Notes: generated by a model not told the origin, from the letters alone. A DNA stretch of 61,465 bases, filler included, from Chiloscyllium plagiosum (GCF_004010195.1; 4 parts of one record of this genome joined end to end with filler, not necessarily neighbours in it), one strand, 5' to 3'; numbered from the whole stretch's first letter, positions 11,308 through 22,874 are shown. Numbers and translations are program-made.

Positions 11308-11620
11308 TTGTAGATGGTGGACAGGATTTGAAGAGTTAGAAGGTGAGTTACTTGCTGCAGGATTCCTAGCCTCTGACCTGTTCTGGTAGACACTATATTT
11401 ATATGGCTTATCAATGGTAAACCCTACACCCCACCCCAGGATATTGATAGAGGGGAATTCAGTGATGTTAACACAATTGAATGTCAAGGAGTGATTATTG
11501 GACTGCCTCTCATTGGTGGTGGTCATTGCCTGGTATTTCTGTGGCATGAATGCTACTTGTCACTTGTCAGCTCAAGCCTGGATATTGTCCAGATCTTGTT
11601 GCACTTGGTCATAGACTGAG
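11308..11620 (-). mobile_element. Second CR1/L2-group LINE family fragment
   Basis: Minus ORF reads PQKYQAMT..LTFN..SINILG. Confidence 0.7.
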
Positions 11621-12385
11621 CTTCCGCAGCCCTTTCTGGTAGAGAATTCCAAAGGTTCACAACTCTCTGAGTAAAATACTTTCTCCCAATCTCAGACCTA
11701 AATGACATTCCCCTTATTTTTATGTTGTACCCTGATTCCAGAAACCTTGACCAGGTGAAACATCTTACCTACTTCTCTCCTGACTTTCTCTTTCAGTATT
11801 GTGTAGATTTCTATGAAATCACTCCTCAGTCTGCAAAACTCTGATGAATACAGGCCCAGTTTGCCTAATCCCTCTCTGTAGGACAGTCCCACTATCCCAG
11901 GAACAAGTCTGGGGAACCTTTGGACAATAATATCCTTCCTGAGATAAGGAGACCAAACCTGCACACAGTACCCCAGGTGTGGGCCTAACCAAGCTCCTAT
12001 ACAATTGAAGCAAGAGTTCACTGCTCCTGTACTCAAATCCCCTGGAATAAGGGCTAACATTCCTTTAGCCTCCTAATAACTTGTTGCAGCTATGTTAAGA
12101 TTTAGTGATTCATCAACAAAGGCACCTAGGTCCCTTTGTCATCTGCACTTTCCAATTTCTTACTATTTAAGAAATACTCTGTCCATTTCATCTTCCTTCC
12201 AACCTCACATAACCTCACATTTATCCACAACCTATTTCATCTGCCATATCTTTGCCCCTTCACTAATCCTGTCCAAACCCTCCTGAAGCTGCTTTACATC
12301 TTCCTCACAACACACATTGCTGTGTAGAATTGTCTCATCTGCAAATTTGGAAAGGTGATATTTACTGTCCCAGAAACAGTTGTCT
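11621..12385 (-). mobile_element. Older CR1 ORF2 3' fragment
   Basis: SKFADET, IWQMK and PHLGYCVQVWSPYLRKD motifs. Confidence 0.85.
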
Positions 12386-13202
12386 GATCCACTGAGCAAG
12401 CAGTCTACTGTAAGTGGAGTGCCACAAGGATTGATGCTGGGTCCAGTACTTTTCATAATGTATATAAATGATTTGGATGTGAGCATAAGAGTTATGGTTA
12501 GTAAGTTTGCAGATGACACCAAAATTGGAGGTGNNNNNNNNNNNNNNNNNNNNNNNNNNNNNNNNNNNNNNNNNNNNNNNNNNNNNNNNNNNNNNNNNNN
12601 NNNNNNNNNNNNNNNNNNNNNNNNNNNNNNNNNNNNNNNNNNNNNNNNNNNNNNNNNNNNNNNNNNNNNNNNNNNNNNNNNNNNNNNNNNNNGGAAAGAT
12701 GTTGTGAAACTTGAAAGGGTTCAGAAAAGATTTACAAGGATGTTGCCAGGGTTGGAGGATCTGAGCTATAGGGAGAGGTTAATTAGGCTAGGGCTGTTTT
12801 CCCTGGAGTGTCGGAGGATGATGGGTGACCTTACAGAGGTTTATAAAGTCATGATGGGCATGGATAGGATAAAGAGACAAAGTCTCTTCCCTGGGGTGGG
12901 GGCGTCCAGAACTAGAGGACATAGGTTTAGGGTGAGAGGGGAAAGATATAAAAGAGATCTAAGGGCCAACTTTTTCACGCAGAGGGTGGAACGTGTACAG
13001 AATGAGCTGCCAGAGGATGTGGTGGAGGCTGGTACAATTGCAACATTTAAAAGACATCTGGATGCGTATATGAATAGGAAGGGTTTGGAGGGATATGGGC
13101 CGGGTGCAGGCAGGTGGGACTAGATTGGGTTGGGATATCTGGTCGGCATAGGTGAGTTGGGCCGAAGGGTCTGTTTCCATGCTATACATCTCTATGACTC
13201 TA
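12386..13202 (+). mobile_element. CR1 RT C-terminal part and 3' end (contains an N-gap)
   Basis: GVPQGLMLGP, YINDL and SKFADDTK motifs, ending in CTCTATGACTCTAT. Confidence 0.93.
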
Positions 13203-13205
13203 TAA

Positions 13206-13374
13206 TTAGATTAGATTATCTACAGTGTGGAAACAGGCCCTTTGGCCCAATAAGTTCACACCGCCCCTCCAAAGAGAAACCAACCCAAACCCATTCTCCT
13301 ACCCTATATTTCCCTCTGACTAATGCACCTAACACTGTGGGCAATTTAGCATGGCCAATTCACCTGACCTGCAC
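13206..13374 (-). mobile_element. HE1-like SINE 3' half
   Basis: (TTAGA)n tail and GGGCAATTTAGCATGGCCAATTCACC. Confidence 0.85.
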
Positions 13375-13678
13375 AACTATTGCTTTTCCATTCTTCTCCT
13401 TCCCCCCCCTGTTGAATCGCCAATGGTACCGTGAGGAACTCTGTGGAAACATCATTCATACCAGTTTCCAAAATGAACTGTCAATTAGCAAGCTCAATAA
13501 GGAGTCTGTGATGTGAACACATCCCTACACATGCTACTGGTGTAATCCTCTGCCTCGCAGATACACAACAGTAACTCCAGATGTTGCTAAAGTTCTGAAA
13601 TCCGCAGCTCATGTTTGTGGAGATACATTTGTCTGGAACTCATGGTACGTCTGTGACTTCATACATACTATAAGATGT

Positions 13679-13804
13679 TGTTGTGGTTCTGTTCGCCGAG
13701 CTGGGAATTTGTGTTGCAGACGTTTCGTCTGCAACACAAATTCCCAGCTCGGCGAACAGAACCACAACGAGCACTCGAGCTACAAATCTTCTCACAAACT
13801 TTGA
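13679..13804. mobile_element. Poseidon-type PLE terminal-repeat fold-back: perfect 43-bp hairpin plus ~37-nt tail
   Basis: Arms 13680-13722 and 13726-13768 are exact reverse complements with a TTT loop. The sequence matches the PLE end at 39052-39140. TSD ACT(A/G)TAAGATGT at 13667-13678 and 13805-13816. Confidence 0.88.
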
Positions 13805-14767
13805 ACTGTAAGATGTACACTCCACATGACCCAATTGGCCTGAGAAAAGAAGTAATAACATAAACAACACAAACTAAACAGTTTCACTTTAAAGGTTAGA
13901 AATATTGACTCAACCTACTCACCAATCAGCTGCTTTCCCTGCACTCACAGCATTACACTGATATTCCCAATATAAATAGGCTTCTCAATCTGTGCCACCT
14001 CGCACTCTAGAGATTTGACTTTTGGACACAAACCTTAATTGAAGCCCCTCTTCTCCCAACTGCACCAACTTCCACTTTGACCCAAATTCCCTGATCCTCA
14101 CCCTGTCTCAGTCTCACTCAGGCAAGGTCTCCCTCACTCTGAGTGCTCCCACACTCTCTAAGCCTAACCTTCTGGTGGAGGGGTCAGGATCTGAGCTGGT
14201 GATGGTTCCAGGACACTCCGTCTGAGGGATCTTCTGTCCGCGATCAAGGAGGGGGGTGAGTTGGGCAGGAGGAGTGGTGGTGGACACGATGGTGGTGGAG
14301 AGATGGAGTCACGGACAATGGTGAGGAGTAAGTGAGACCGAGGGATTTACAGCACAATAAAGAGTGGGAGTTAGTTTGTTGGTGAAATATGATGTGTCAG
14401 GCAACGCTACAGGAATGCTCTTAATCTTCTCCTGTAAGCCACCTTTAAGTACATTTAAGTCGTCATTGGACAAGCATTTGGACGTACATGGAATAGTGTA
14501 GGTTAGATGGGCTTCAGATTGGTATGACAGGTGCTGTGAGGCAGCAGTGCTAACCATTGTGCCACCGTGCCGCCCCAATATATGTGTCAGGCAACGCTAC
14601 AGGAATGCCCTTAGTCTTCTCCTGTAAGCCACCTTTAAGTCGTCATTGGACAAGCATTTGGACGTACATGGAATAATGTAGGTTAGATGGGCTTCAGATT
14701 GGTATGACAGGTCGGCGCAACATCGAGGGCCGAAGGGCCTGTACTGCGCTGTAATGTTCTATGTTCT

Positions 14768-14996
14768 ATGATGTGGAGGAGCTGGTGTTGGACTGGGGTG
14801 TACAAAGTTAAAAATCACACAACACCAGGTTATAGTCCAACAGATTTATTTGGAAGCACACTAGCTTTCGGAACGCTGCTCCTTTATCAGATGGTTGTTG
14901 TCAACAGCTACCTGACGAAGGAGCAGCACTTCCAAAGCTAGTATTTCCAAATAAACCTGTTGGGCTATAACCGAGTGTTGTGTGATTTTTAACTTT
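14768..14996. mobile_element. PLE family C fold-back with two decayed hammerhead motifs
   Basis: Minus arm with tail at 14768-14890; plus arm 14911-14996 (CTGACGAAGGAGCAGCAC..) without tail. Confidence 0.8.
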
Positions 14997-15540
14997 CCCC
15001 TGTAAGGGCCAGAATTCTCTGGTAATGGGAGGTGAAGGCTTTGGCGTCCTTCTCTCCCATACGGACTGTCTCAGCCATCCCTACCCAGGCCTCCTGCAAT
15101 GAGGGGAAGAGGACAAAGCACATTGAGTGAGCTGAAACGGGGTAGCAGAGCTGGTAATGGTAATGCTGAGGCAGATGAGGCGAAAGTGGAAACTGCTCTG
15201 AGTGGGCAAGGAGGCAACCTAAGGGCATGTGGGGTGAGTAGGGCATGGGAGTTGGGGGAGGGTGGGCGAATGGCTGCAGGGTGAGGGTGGATGGGAGAGG
15301 TGAGTGTGAGGTGGCAGAGAGAGAGAGAGAGAGTTATCACGTATCTTGGTCACCAGTGACTCAGGGACAGCAGTGACTCAGGGAGGGGACTTGGAACCAG
15401 GCTGCCTGGGGGCTGCTGGTGCAGCCTCCTCTCAGCTGGTCTTGAGGGAAGAGGTCAGGCCTCATCGGCACTACCACCTCCCCCTTCCTCTTTCCCAAGA
15501 TCCTGGGTCCCTGCCTTTTCTCTGGCACAGTCAGAATCAG
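14997..15540 (-). pseudogene. Possible degenerate Myb/SANT-like ORF of a Harbinger-type transposon
   Basis: Frameshifted minus translation DLFPQDQ..RRLHQQP..AAWFQV, and after a ttgcag acceptor ..AFTSHYQRILALTGE. This resembles recalled Harbinger Myb-like proteins. Confidence 0.35.
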
Positions 15541-16861
15541 GGTGTGACTGAGCTGAGCAGCTCCGAAACACTAGTGTTCATCCAGTGGCACAGTGGGGCC
15601 TGTGACATACAGCACAGACCCAGGGGATTCATGCCCTTTGGTCTCATTGATCGGTGAGTCGTTTTGGGAATGGTGCATGGTAACATCGCAGAGGGCTGTA
15701 GAGGCTGGGTCATTAAAAACCTACCCACTTTAGCCTGTAATCAGGAAGGGGAATCAAGGGTTATGGGGAAAAGCAGGAAAGTGGAGCTGAGGATTACCAG
15801 ATCAGCAATGATCTCATTGAATGGCAGAGCAAACTCGATGGGCTGAATGGCCTGCTTCTGCTCCTACATCTTATGACCTTAGCATCAGATTGGGCTGGAA
15901 TCAGATATGACAGACTGCATGGGATGGGGAAGGTACTTAATACAGTGAGTTGGATTAGACAGAGTGAGAAATTATGACTGGAACTCTCTTCCACAAATAG
16001 CAGTGAATGCTGGATTAGTTGTTCATTGTAAATCTGAGAAAGATAAAGTTTTGTTAAGCAAAGATGTTAAAGGATATGGGCCAAAGGCAGCTATATGGAG
16101 TTAGGCCACAGATCAGCTATGATTTCACTGAATGGTGTAACAGGCTCGATGGGCTGAATGGCCTCCTCCTGTTCCTATGTTTGTATAACTGACAAGACCT
16201 TGCAGTGAAAATCCCACTAAAAATGTCAACGCAACTGAGACTTTGCCAGAGAAAAAACCCACAAGATTTGGCCCAACCAGTTTGCTGGTTATCCTGATTT
16301 TCACACCAGCTGGAGTTAGGCAGTGCCAGTATCACACAGAGCTGAAAAATGTGTCCAAGATCACACACACACACCAGATAGTGAGCTGCTGAATTGGAGT
16401 TCACACTGTTCCACAGGCAATTACAACGTTCACTCTCCACCTTAGCCCTAGCACGGTTATTTTCATCGGTTTCACTGCTTGTTTTTATACGAAGGGCTTG
16501 ATGAGTTGTTGCTGAAGTGGCCAGTCGACATCATTGGTTTCACTTGCCGTTGTTAACTGGACTGACCATCAGTACATTTTGTAAAGATGTAAATAGCACT
16601 GTCAGCATGATTGAGGAATTAAATATTGCAACACACAGTGAGGAACTAATGAAGATTCACTTTACACTAGTGGTCATTAATCTTTGATAGCCACCTTATT
16701 GTCTCTGACTAGAAGATTAATAGGTGACCGAGGTGACTGGAGGAGATGGTCAATCAGACAAAGAGAACATGTTCTTTGTCTTTTGGAACAAACCAGGCAG
16801 AACCTTCAACGTTCTGAGGCAATGTCTCCAAGCATTTCTTCACTCAAAGCATGAGGCAGAC

Positions 16862-17600
16862 ATCATAAGACCATAAGATATAGGAGCAGAATAAGGCCAT
16901 TCAGCCCACTGGGTCTGCTCAGCCATTCTCAACCCCATTCTCCTGCCTTCTCTCTGTAACCTCTGATTCCCTTGGATGAGTACATGAATAGGAAGGGTTT
17001 GGAGGGATATGGGCCGGGTGCTGGCAGGTGGGACTAGATTGGGTTAGGATATCTGGTCAGCATGGACGGATTGGACCGAAGGGTCTGTTTCCATGCTGTA
17101 CATCTCTATGACTCTATGACTCTAATGAAGAACCTATCTCTCTCTGTCTCTAATACACTCAATGACTTGGCCTCCACAGCCTTCTACAATAATGTGTTCC
17201 ACAGAGTCACCACCCTCCGGCAGAAGAAATTCCTCCTCATCTCCATTCTAAAGGGTTATCCCTTCCCTCTGAGACTGGGCCCTCCTACTGGTGGAAACAT
17301 CTTCTCCACGTCCACCCTATCAGGGCCTCTCAGTATTCTGTAACTTTCAATCAGGATTCCCCCCATGCTTCTAAACTCAATTGAGTACAGACTCAGAGTC
17401 CTCAACTGCCCCTTCACATGACACGTCCTCCACTCTTGGAATTATTCTTGCAAACCTCCCTTCTGGACTCCCTCCAACACCAGCACATCATTCCTGAGAT
17501 ACAGGCCTCAAAACTGCTCACAATATTCTAAATGTGGTCTGACCAGAGTCTAATATGGCCTCAGCAGAATGAGCCCACTCTTGTATTCCAGCCCTCTCAC
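16862..17600 (-). mobile_element. CR1 3' fragment with a nested + strand CR1 3' end (16974-17123)
   Basis: CR1 tail CATAAGACCATAAGA on the minus element; the nested piece reads YMNRKGLEGYGPGAGRWD and ends in (CTCTATGA)n. Confidence 0.82.
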
Positions 17601-18207
17601 ATCGGGAATTCCCTCTCAGCACCAAAAAAAAACAATGAAGGCAGGAGCTTATTAGAAAACCCAGAGCTGGTTAGAGGGTGGAAAGATGGAGTTAGGATAA
17701 AATGAGACATCACTCAGAGATTCTCATTGGGGAGCCTGTCACCCCTTACGGATCAGTAAGAAGGTTTCCGAGGTCTAAGAGTCAAAGAGATGTACACCAC
17801 GGAAACAGACCCTTCGGTCCAACTTGAGCACAAATGATTGAAGCCTCCAGGTCATTCCAAATCTTAATATCTATGGGCCATCAGTTATTCCTGTAATAGT
17901 GCAGGTCTCCCATGATCTCTGTCCCTCACCCATGACCCAGCAAATCACTCTCACAGCTCAATATTAAAGCTAAACTGCTGACGTTTTTTCAATATCTTTC
18001 ACTGATAGATCCAGTCCTAAAGTGTTATTGTGTGATGGTGTGATTTATTGTCACTCTCCCTCAGTGAACGTCCCTCCATCAGAAGGTCAGTTGTAGGAAT
18101 CTTCACTATTACTGGGCTCAGCTCCAACCATAACTGCTCAAGTACAGAGCAATGGGCAGTGTGTCACTCAGCAGGCTGAAATTCAATACATAGAGCACAC
18201 ACTAAAC

Positions 18208-18870
18208 CTTCTCTCTCTCACCCAGAGTCCTCTCTCTCTCACACACACACCCAGAGTCCTCTCTCTCTCACACACACACCGAGTCCTCTCTCTCTCTGTC
18301 CCTCACCCAGAGTCCTCTCTCTGTCACACACACATCCAGAGTCCTCTCTCTCTCTCTCTGACCCTCACCCAGAGTTCTTTCTGTACCTTACCCAGAGTCT
18401 TCTCTCTCTTTGTCCCTCACCCAGAGTCCTCTCTCTCTCTCTATCTCTCACAGAGTCCTCTCTCTCTCTCTCTGACCCTCACCCAGAGTTCTTTCTGTAC
18501 CTTACCCAGAGTCTTCTCTCTCTTTGTCCCTCACCCAGAGTCCTCTCTCTGTCACACACACATCCAGAGTCCTCTCTCTCTCTCTCTGACCCTCACCCAG
18601 AGTTCTTTCTGTACCTTACCCAGAGTCTTCTCTCTCTTTGTCCCTCACCCAGAGTCCTCTCTCTCTCTCTATCTCTCACCTAGAGTTCTCTCTGTCCCTC
18701 ACCCAGACTCCTCTTTTTCTCTCCCTCACCCAGAATCCTCTCTCTTTCTGTCTCTCACTCTTACTCTGTCTCTCCCCTGGAGTCGCTCTCTCTCTCTCTC
18801 TCTCTGTCTCCCTGTCTCTCTCTCTCTCTCTCTTTACCTCTCCACTACCCTGGAGTCCTCTCTCTCTCAC
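18208..18870. repeat. Pyrimidine-rich minisatellite (CACCCAGAGTCCTCTCTC.. units, with higher-order duplication)
   Basis: About 20 CCCAGAGT(C/T) cores separated by variable CT/CA tracts. Confidence 0.9.
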
Positions 18871-18884
18871 AGCCTGGAACAATT

Positions 18885-19003
18885 CTGAAGTAGGGTCACT
18901 GGATGTGAAACATTATCTCTATTTTTCTCTCCATAGATGTTGCCAGACCTGCTGAGATTCTCCAGCAATTTGGGTTTTTGTTTGATCTCCAGCACCTTCC
19001 TAC
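18885..19003 (+). mobile_element. Old PLE family D terminal repeat with decayed hammerhead
   Basis: CTGAAGTAGGGTCACTGGATGTGAAACATT...CAGACCTGCTGAGATTCTCCAGCA. Confidence 0.6.
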
Positions 19004-20805
19004 AGTGAGCTATGACAATAATGGTTGCAGATGTCCCATCCATTTGCACCGCAGTACTGGGCTCCCCCAGCATTGAGGATGGGGATATTTGTGTCGTCTC
19101 TTCCTCCAGTGAGTTGTTTAATTGTCCATTCACAACTAAATATGGCAAGACTGCAGAGCTTCGATTTAATCTGTGTGACTGTTTTGCTTTTGCTAAGACT
19201 AAACAATGGTTGAAATGCAATTAATTTAATTTTTAAAACAATTATATAGCTTGGTTGAGATAAAAGACACAATTTTTAAAAGAGATGCTGGATTATACAC
19301 TGCATAGTAATCGACCTGCCTTGTAAGATGTAATGTAAATCCAGTTTCCTAAATACTACAATTTCACTCACAATTTGTACTGTCACCTTAATGCATTATG
19401 CTTGGTTAATGGAAGAAAAACCACTTCAAGATTTAAAAGTTAAATGTTATTCAACGGAACTAAAAAACCTATCATAACTCCTGTACCTTTTCAAGTAAAT
19501 TTCCAATAAAACAGCTTGTGTTGTTATAGATTTTATATCAAACACAAGCCTAGTCATAAGTCATCGAGAAAGCTCACTGTTATAAAAGGCACAGAATTAC
19601 GTTCTGGATTGGAACAGTCATCAAGATGATTTTGTAAGAGAGAGAGAAACATGACTCTCATCATTGCACCATTTCTAACAATATGGACTGCAGCCTCAAA
19701 TTAAATATGTGCAGGTTTCACAAAATGGAATTTGCATTTTGTAAACTGTACAGACAGAACCCCAATAGTATTTGGCACCTTTTATTTTAACAATGGAAAA
19801 TTGAGTCCAGATTCCAGAGGCAACTGGAACAAATTCCTGCAGATGCCAGAATCTGTACTGAAAACAAAAAACGCTGGAGATCAGAGTGGGTCGGGCAGTA
19901 TCCATGGATTCCGTGATATTCCAGCATGTTCTGGTTTGAGTTCCCGCAGGAATGTCTGTGTTCCACTGAAATTATTGATTACAGAAAAATACTCATCTTA
20001 ATAAAACAACAACCCGAGTTTATATTGTGCCTTTAACAAACTAAGGTGTAACACAGGAGTGTGAACAAACACAATTTGAAACTGATCCCTAGATTAGGGA
20101 TTATTAGGGACGGGTATTAGGGACTCTCCCACCATCACAGCAATTGGTCTGGTGAACTCTGTGGTATCCTTTCTTTGGTAGAGAGACCAAAACTGCACAG
20201 AATACTCCAGGTGTGGAGTCACCCAGGCCTTGTGTTAATACAATAAGACTTCCTCGCCCCTCTACTCAAATCCACCTCCAATGTAGGCCATCACACCATT
20301 TGCCTTCCTAACTGCTTGCTGCACCAATATGCTTGCTTCAGTGACAACATCAATATCTCCCAACCTGTCAGCATCTAATATCCTGCTATTCAGTTTCTTA
20401 AAATAAAATCTTTCTTAATTCATTCACAAGACAAGGCTGTCACTGTCCAGGCCAGCACCTATAACCCATCTGTAATTGCCCAGAGGGTAAACAGTCAACT
20501 ACATTGCAGTGGGCCTGAAGTAACATGTACAGGTACAGATGGCAGATTTCCTTCCCTAAAGGACATGGGATTTTTAAAACAATAGACAATGGTTCCATCA
20601 GACACTTCATTTCAGATTTTCATTGAATTCAAATTCGACTGTTGGCCATGGAAGGATTTGAACCCAGGCCCCCAGATCAACAATAATACCATTTCCCATT
20701 TCCTCCTCTAACAAGTGGATATCTTCTCATTTATCCAGGATATACAGCATCTGCCATGTATTTTCCCCACTCACTAAACTTGTCCAAAGCCTTCTTACAT
20801 CCTCC

Positions 20806-20899
20806 CTCCCACTCACACCCCACCCCCATCCGACACCCACTCCCACTCCCACCCCCACTCCCACTCCCATTCCCACTGTCCCTCCCACTCCCATTCCCA
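20806..20899. repeat. (CCCACT)n-like hexamer repeat abutting a gap
   Basis: Seen directly; G-rich on the minus strand. Confidence 0.85.
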
Positions 20900-20999
20900 N
20901 NNNNNNNNNNNNNNNNNNNNNNNNNNNNNNNNNNNNNNNNNNNTTAATTAATTAANNNNNNNNNNNNNNNNNNNNNNNNNNNNNNNNNNNNNNNNNNNN
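20900..20999. other. Artificial 100-bp scaffold linker (44 N + TTAATTAATTAA + 44 N)
   Basis: Identical structure at 51323-51422 and 55446-55545. The 12-mer gives stops in all six frames. Confidence 0.95.
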
Positions 21000-21000
21000 C

Positions 21001-21853
21001 CTGCCACAGCCAATCCTGTCCCTGTTCTAGTCATGTCTCCGTAATAGCCACAACATCGAAGTCCCAGGTACCAACCCACGCTGCAAGTTCTCCTACCTTA
21101 TTTCGTATACTTCTTGCATTGAAGTATACACACTTCAAGCCACTTTCCTGTTTACAGACACCCTCCTTGGGAATTGATGCCATGTTCCTAACCTCCCTAC
21201 ACTCCAGGTCCTGCACCCTGAAGCTACAATCTGGGTTTCCATGCCCCTGCAGAGTTAGTTTAAACCCCCCCGAAGAGCACTAGCGAACCTCCCCCCAAGG
21301 ATACTGGTGCCCCTCAGGTTCAGGTGGAGGCCATCCTGTTTATAGAGGTCCCACCGTCCCCAGAAAGAACCCCAGTTATCCAAAAACTGGAATCCCTCCC
21401 TCCTGCACCATCCCTGTAGCCACGCATTTAAGTGTTCTCTTTCCCTATTCCTCGGATCTCTATCACGTGGCACGGGTAACAAACCAGAGACACCAACTCT
21501 GTTCGTTCTAACTCTGAGCTTCCAACCTAGCTTCCTGAAAGCCTGTCTAACATCCTCGGCACTCCTCCTACCTATGTCGTTGGTGTCAATGTGGACCACG
21601 ACTTCGGGTTGCTCCCCCTCCCCCTCCAGGACCCGGAAAACACGATCAGAGACATCACGTACCCTTGCACCTGGGAGGCAACATGCCAAACGTGAGTCTC
21701 TCTCGTTCCCACAAAACCGCCTATCTGTGCCCCTAACTATCGAGTCCCCAATTACTACTGCTCTGCTCTTCTTCACCCTTCCCTTCTGAGTAACGGGGAC
21801 AGGCTCCGTGCCAGAGACCTGAGCCCCGTTACTTACCCCTGGTAAGTCATCCC
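21001..21853 (-). mobile_element. CR1 LINE 5' region: ORF1 SGNH esterase and start of ORF2 AP endonuclease
   Basis: ORF 21255-21776 has VIGDSIVR, CLPGARV and DGLHLN (GDS and D..H motifs). ORF 21031-21216 has YFNARSIRNK and VAITET. Confidence 0.93.
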
Positions 21854-21855
21854 TG

Positions 21856-22075
21856 ATTTACCCCTGACTAATGCACCGAACACTCTGGGTAATTTAGCAT
21901 GGCTAATTCACCTGATCTGTACATCTTTGGATTGTTGGAGGAAACTGGAGCACCTGGAGGAAACCCACGCAGACACTGGGAGAATGTGCAAACTCCACAC
22001 AGTCACCTGAGGCTGGAATTGAACCAGGGTCCCTGGCCCTGTGAGGCAGCAGTGCCAACCACTGAGCCACCGTGT
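21856..22075 (-). mobile_element. HE1-like SINE
   Basis: V-domain and tRNA-like head on the minus strand. Confidence 0.88.
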
Positions 22076-22362
22076 TAGTGTTTAGGATTGGGGCAAATCA
22101 ATTAGGACTGAGGTGAGTAGGAATTTCTTCACCTCGAGGGTTAGGATTCTTCCAAATTCTCTAAAGGAGGCTGTGGTAACTCCCTGAGAATGCTGAAGAC
22201 AGTGATCAATGACCAAGTTTTTAGATCTTAATGACACAAAAGGATATGCAGTTAGTGCAGGAAAGTGGCATTGAAATAGATCAACCTCAATCGAGAATGG
22301 CTGGATCCCCTATTCCTTATCCAGTTGTAGAAAATAACATCGCTTTCTCAATTTTTCAACAG

Positions 22363-22482
22363 ATGCAACAATTAGAACTTGCGCAGCTGCAGCAACGGGA
22401 AGCAAATCTTGCAGCACTGGCTGCCATTGGACCAAGGAAAAGAAAAATGCCTGATTCACCAGGTCTCCGAACAGGAAATGAG
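22363..22482 (+). CDS. TAF4B: Internal (penultimate-type) coding exon of TFIID subunit 4 family gene, TAF4B favoured over TAF4
   Basis: Acceptor tttttcaacag and donor GAG|gtatag; 120 bp, phase 0-0. MQQLELAQLQQREANLAALAAIGPRKRK matches the conserved R.ANL.ALAAIGPRK motif of TAF4 proteins. QQLELAQ is TAF4B-like, but paralog identity is not proven. Confidence 0.88.
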
Positions 22483-22874
22483 GTATAGTATGCCATGTTT
22501 CTCCTCTTCCTTGTCAAGATATACCGAGGAGTTTAAAGGAAGGATTTGCCTTGTTTACCCTCCTCCCCCTGACCTTGACAGCAATGCTGTGGTGCTTTGT
22601 AATTGCTTGAGAGCTTTTACATTCTTGAGTATTTCTAGTTCTGGGATGTGGGTATTGCTGGCTGAGCCAGCCTTTATTGCTCACCTCCTGTTGCCCTGAA
22701 GGATATAATGGTGAGTGATCTTCTCAAGCCACTACAGATCTTGGGATGTCCTCGCCCTCTCAATGTTAGCGGAGGCACTTAAAGGATTTTGTGTCGCCAA
22801 CGTGATGATAAGATGTTTGCAAATCAGAATGGTGAGTGACTTGGAGGCATACCGGAAATGGTTTGGTTGCTGGA

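Noticed and set aside
18208..18870. Repeat-spacer appearance suggesting a CRISPR array
   Set aside because: The spacers are low-complexity CT tracts that themselves repeat; the context is vertebrate and no cas genes are present.
20944..20955. TTAATTAATTAA as a homeodomain site or biological palindrome
   Set aside because: It is centred in exactly 44+44 Ns three times, so it is an assembly linker.
22231..22362. N-terminal part of the 85-aa ORF as coding sequence
   Set aside because: It lies upstream of the splice acceptor and derives from a decayed CR1 3' end and intron sequence.
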